Shown piece after piece: positions 14,956 through 16,193 of a stretch of 16,193 nucleotides of DNA. Each line of letters opens with the position of its first letter. The stretch's first letter is position 1. The stretch comes from a virus. The notes under the pieces are model-generated. The model was not told the DNA's origin. It saw nothing but the letters and a program-made list of their open reading frames with translations, and did no database searches. The stretch lies in the UHGV virus genome UHGV-0197964; one strand, 5' to 3'. The position numbers and the translations under genes were made by a program.

Positions 14956-15206
14956 GTAATTCAGCACGACTACAGCTTGGTTTTTCACCGCTATCAAAAA
15001 CTATCATGCTGGCAAAAATGCGCGATGTTGAAGGTGGACGTATGCGCGTTGGCAATGATCCAGGTCGTGATGTTACCAATGAGGCTGCTCAATTGGTGTG
15101 GCGACTGGTCATGGCTGAAGGTGGTGAGATCGCGTGGGAGCTGGATGATGGTTCTCGCATGGTGTTGAAGGCAGAAAAGCAGGAGGCAACCAGTGAGCAA
15201 GATTGA
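14952..15206 (+). CDS. hypothetical protein (84 aa, GTG start)
   Basis: GTG preceded by AAGGAGG at 8-nt spacing; overlaps the upstream stop (GTGA); ORF-track start 14931 is an alternative GTG. Confidence 0.45.
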   Translation: MSNSARLQLGFSPLSKTIMLAKMRDVEGGRMRVGNDPGRDVTNEAAQLVWRLVMAEGGEIAWELDDGSRMVLKAEKQEATSEQD

Positions 15207-16011
15207 CTATCAGGCACTGCGTGCCAAGGCAGAAAAAGCAACGTGTGGTGTATGGTCGCTCGAATATGGAGAGAGCCGATTTGATTGTGATGATGCGCTA
15301 ATTCATCGTGACGTTGTTGGATATCTTCCCATTTGCAGAATTGAAGGAGCGCATCCTGAAAGCGGTTTCGATGAAGATTTCCAAATGGAACAGCAGGCCA
15401 ATGCTGAATTCATCGCCGCAGCTAATCCGGCTACCGTCTTGGCATTACTGGATGAACGGGAAAGAAACCAGCAATACATCAAACGCCGCGACCAGGAGAA
15501 CGAGGATATTGCGCTAACGGTAGGGAAGCTGCGCGTTGAGCTGGAAGGCAAAGACAGCAAAATAGCCAATCTTACCGCCGAACGCGATGCTCTTCGTGAA
15601 GGTGAGATGGGCGACGCTAGGCATAGCAACACACGGGCCGCAGCTGATATCTACTTCCAACTGGTCGAGGAGTGCGAAATTCCTGCTGGCGGTTCTCTGG
15701 TCGAGTACGTTGACGATATGCGAGAGAAGCTGGAAGCCTCAGAGAAGCGCATTGCAGAACTGAAAAGCAACGAAGTCCGTGAAGTCGGAAATCAGTTTCT
15801 TGTTGTTCGCCATCCTGGGAAAACTCCTGTCATCAAGCACTGCACTGGTGACCTGGAAGAGTTTCTGCGGAAGTTAATCGAACAAGACCCGTTAGTAACT
15901 ATCGACATCATTACGCATCGCTATTACGGGATTGGCGGTCAATGGGTTCAGGATGCAGTTGAGTATCTGCATATGATGTCTGACGCTGGCATTCGCATCA
16001 AAGGAGAGTGA
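15193..16011 (+). CDS. Ea22-like early-left accessory protein (tentative family)
   Basis: 272 aa, GTG start in the same SD-GTG context as the previous gene; N-terminal ...YQALRAKAEKATCG... and ANAEFIAAANPATVLALLDE recalled from Ea22-like prophage proteins. Confidence 0.5.
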   Translation: MSKIDYQALRAKAEKATCGVWSLEYGESRFDCDDALIHRDVVGYLPICRIEGAHPESGFDEDFQMEQQANAEFIAAANPATVLALLDERERNQQYIKRRDQENEDIALTVGKLRVELEGKDSKIANLTAERDALREGEMGDARHSNTRAAADIYFQLVEECEIPAGGSLVEYVDDMREKLEASEKRIAELKSNEVREVGNQFLVVRHPGKTPVIKHCTGDLEEFLRKLIEQDPLVTIDIITHRYYGIGGQWVQDAVEYLHMMSDAGIRIKGE

Positions 16012-16012
16012 C

Positions 16013-16193
16013 ATGACCACTTTTACCGACAAAGAACTGATTAAAGAAATCAAAGAGCGAATCGGCAGCCTGGACGTGCGAGACAATATTGAGCGCCGTG
16101 CTTATGAAATTGCTCTGGCATCGCTGGAAGCAGAGCCGGTGGCGTGGATGCGTGATGACGCAGATGGTCGTGAGTATAACGCTCGCAATGAAT
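16013..16193 (+). CDS. hypothetical protein, 5' part (runs off window end)
   Basis: ATG with AAGGAGAG upstream, overlapping the preceding stop; 60 codons open to the window edge. Confidence 0.4.
   Translation, partial: MTTFTDKELIKEIKERIGSLDVRDNIERRAYEIALASLEAEPVAWMRDDADGREYNARNE

Noticed and set aside
14557-15632. Various 63-109 aa ORFs on both strands
   Set aside because: Overlap or lie antisense to the plus-strand gene chain, which has consistent ribosome-binding sites; no independent support.
15892-16086. 64-aa minus-strand ORF
   Set aside because: Antisense across the junction of two plus-strand genes.

Overview
This window is a 16.2 kb slice of a lambda-like (lambdoid) temperate phage or prophage from an enterobacterium, covering the lysis cassette through the immunity region into the early-left operon. 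No searches were run; all identifications rest on ORF translations, motifs, manual RNA folding and my recall of lambda, P22 and E. coli prophage sequences, so family-level calls are firmer than exact names. Minus strand, 5' to 3' (high to low coordinates): cro, nutR, cII, an inserted HNH endonuclease, a small ORF, an O-like initiator with internal iterons, a DnaB-type helicase, a tR2-like terminator, the nin region (NinB-like, Dam-type methyltransferase, ninE, ninF, Rha/KilAC antirepressor, YbcO-like, RusA, ninH), a phage-82-type Q, a candidate late promoter, two tRNAs, then S, R and partial Rz/Rz1. Plus strand: a chimeric cI, terminator, OL/pL, nutL, N, unknown small genes, an acidic protein plus a coiled-coil protein, cIII, kil, a Rad52/Erf-like annealing protein, SSB and an Ea22-like protein. 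The backbone (S, R, N, cII, ninE/F, cI C-terminal domain) is nearly lambda-identical, with swapped modules for immunity, replication, Q and recombination. The most unusual features are the HNH endonuclease flanked by two copies of the cII 3' end (one carrying an oop-like antisense RNA), the putative origin iterons, and the acidic/coiled-coil gene pair at the lambda ral/sieB position. No CRISPR array, rRNA or transposon was seen.
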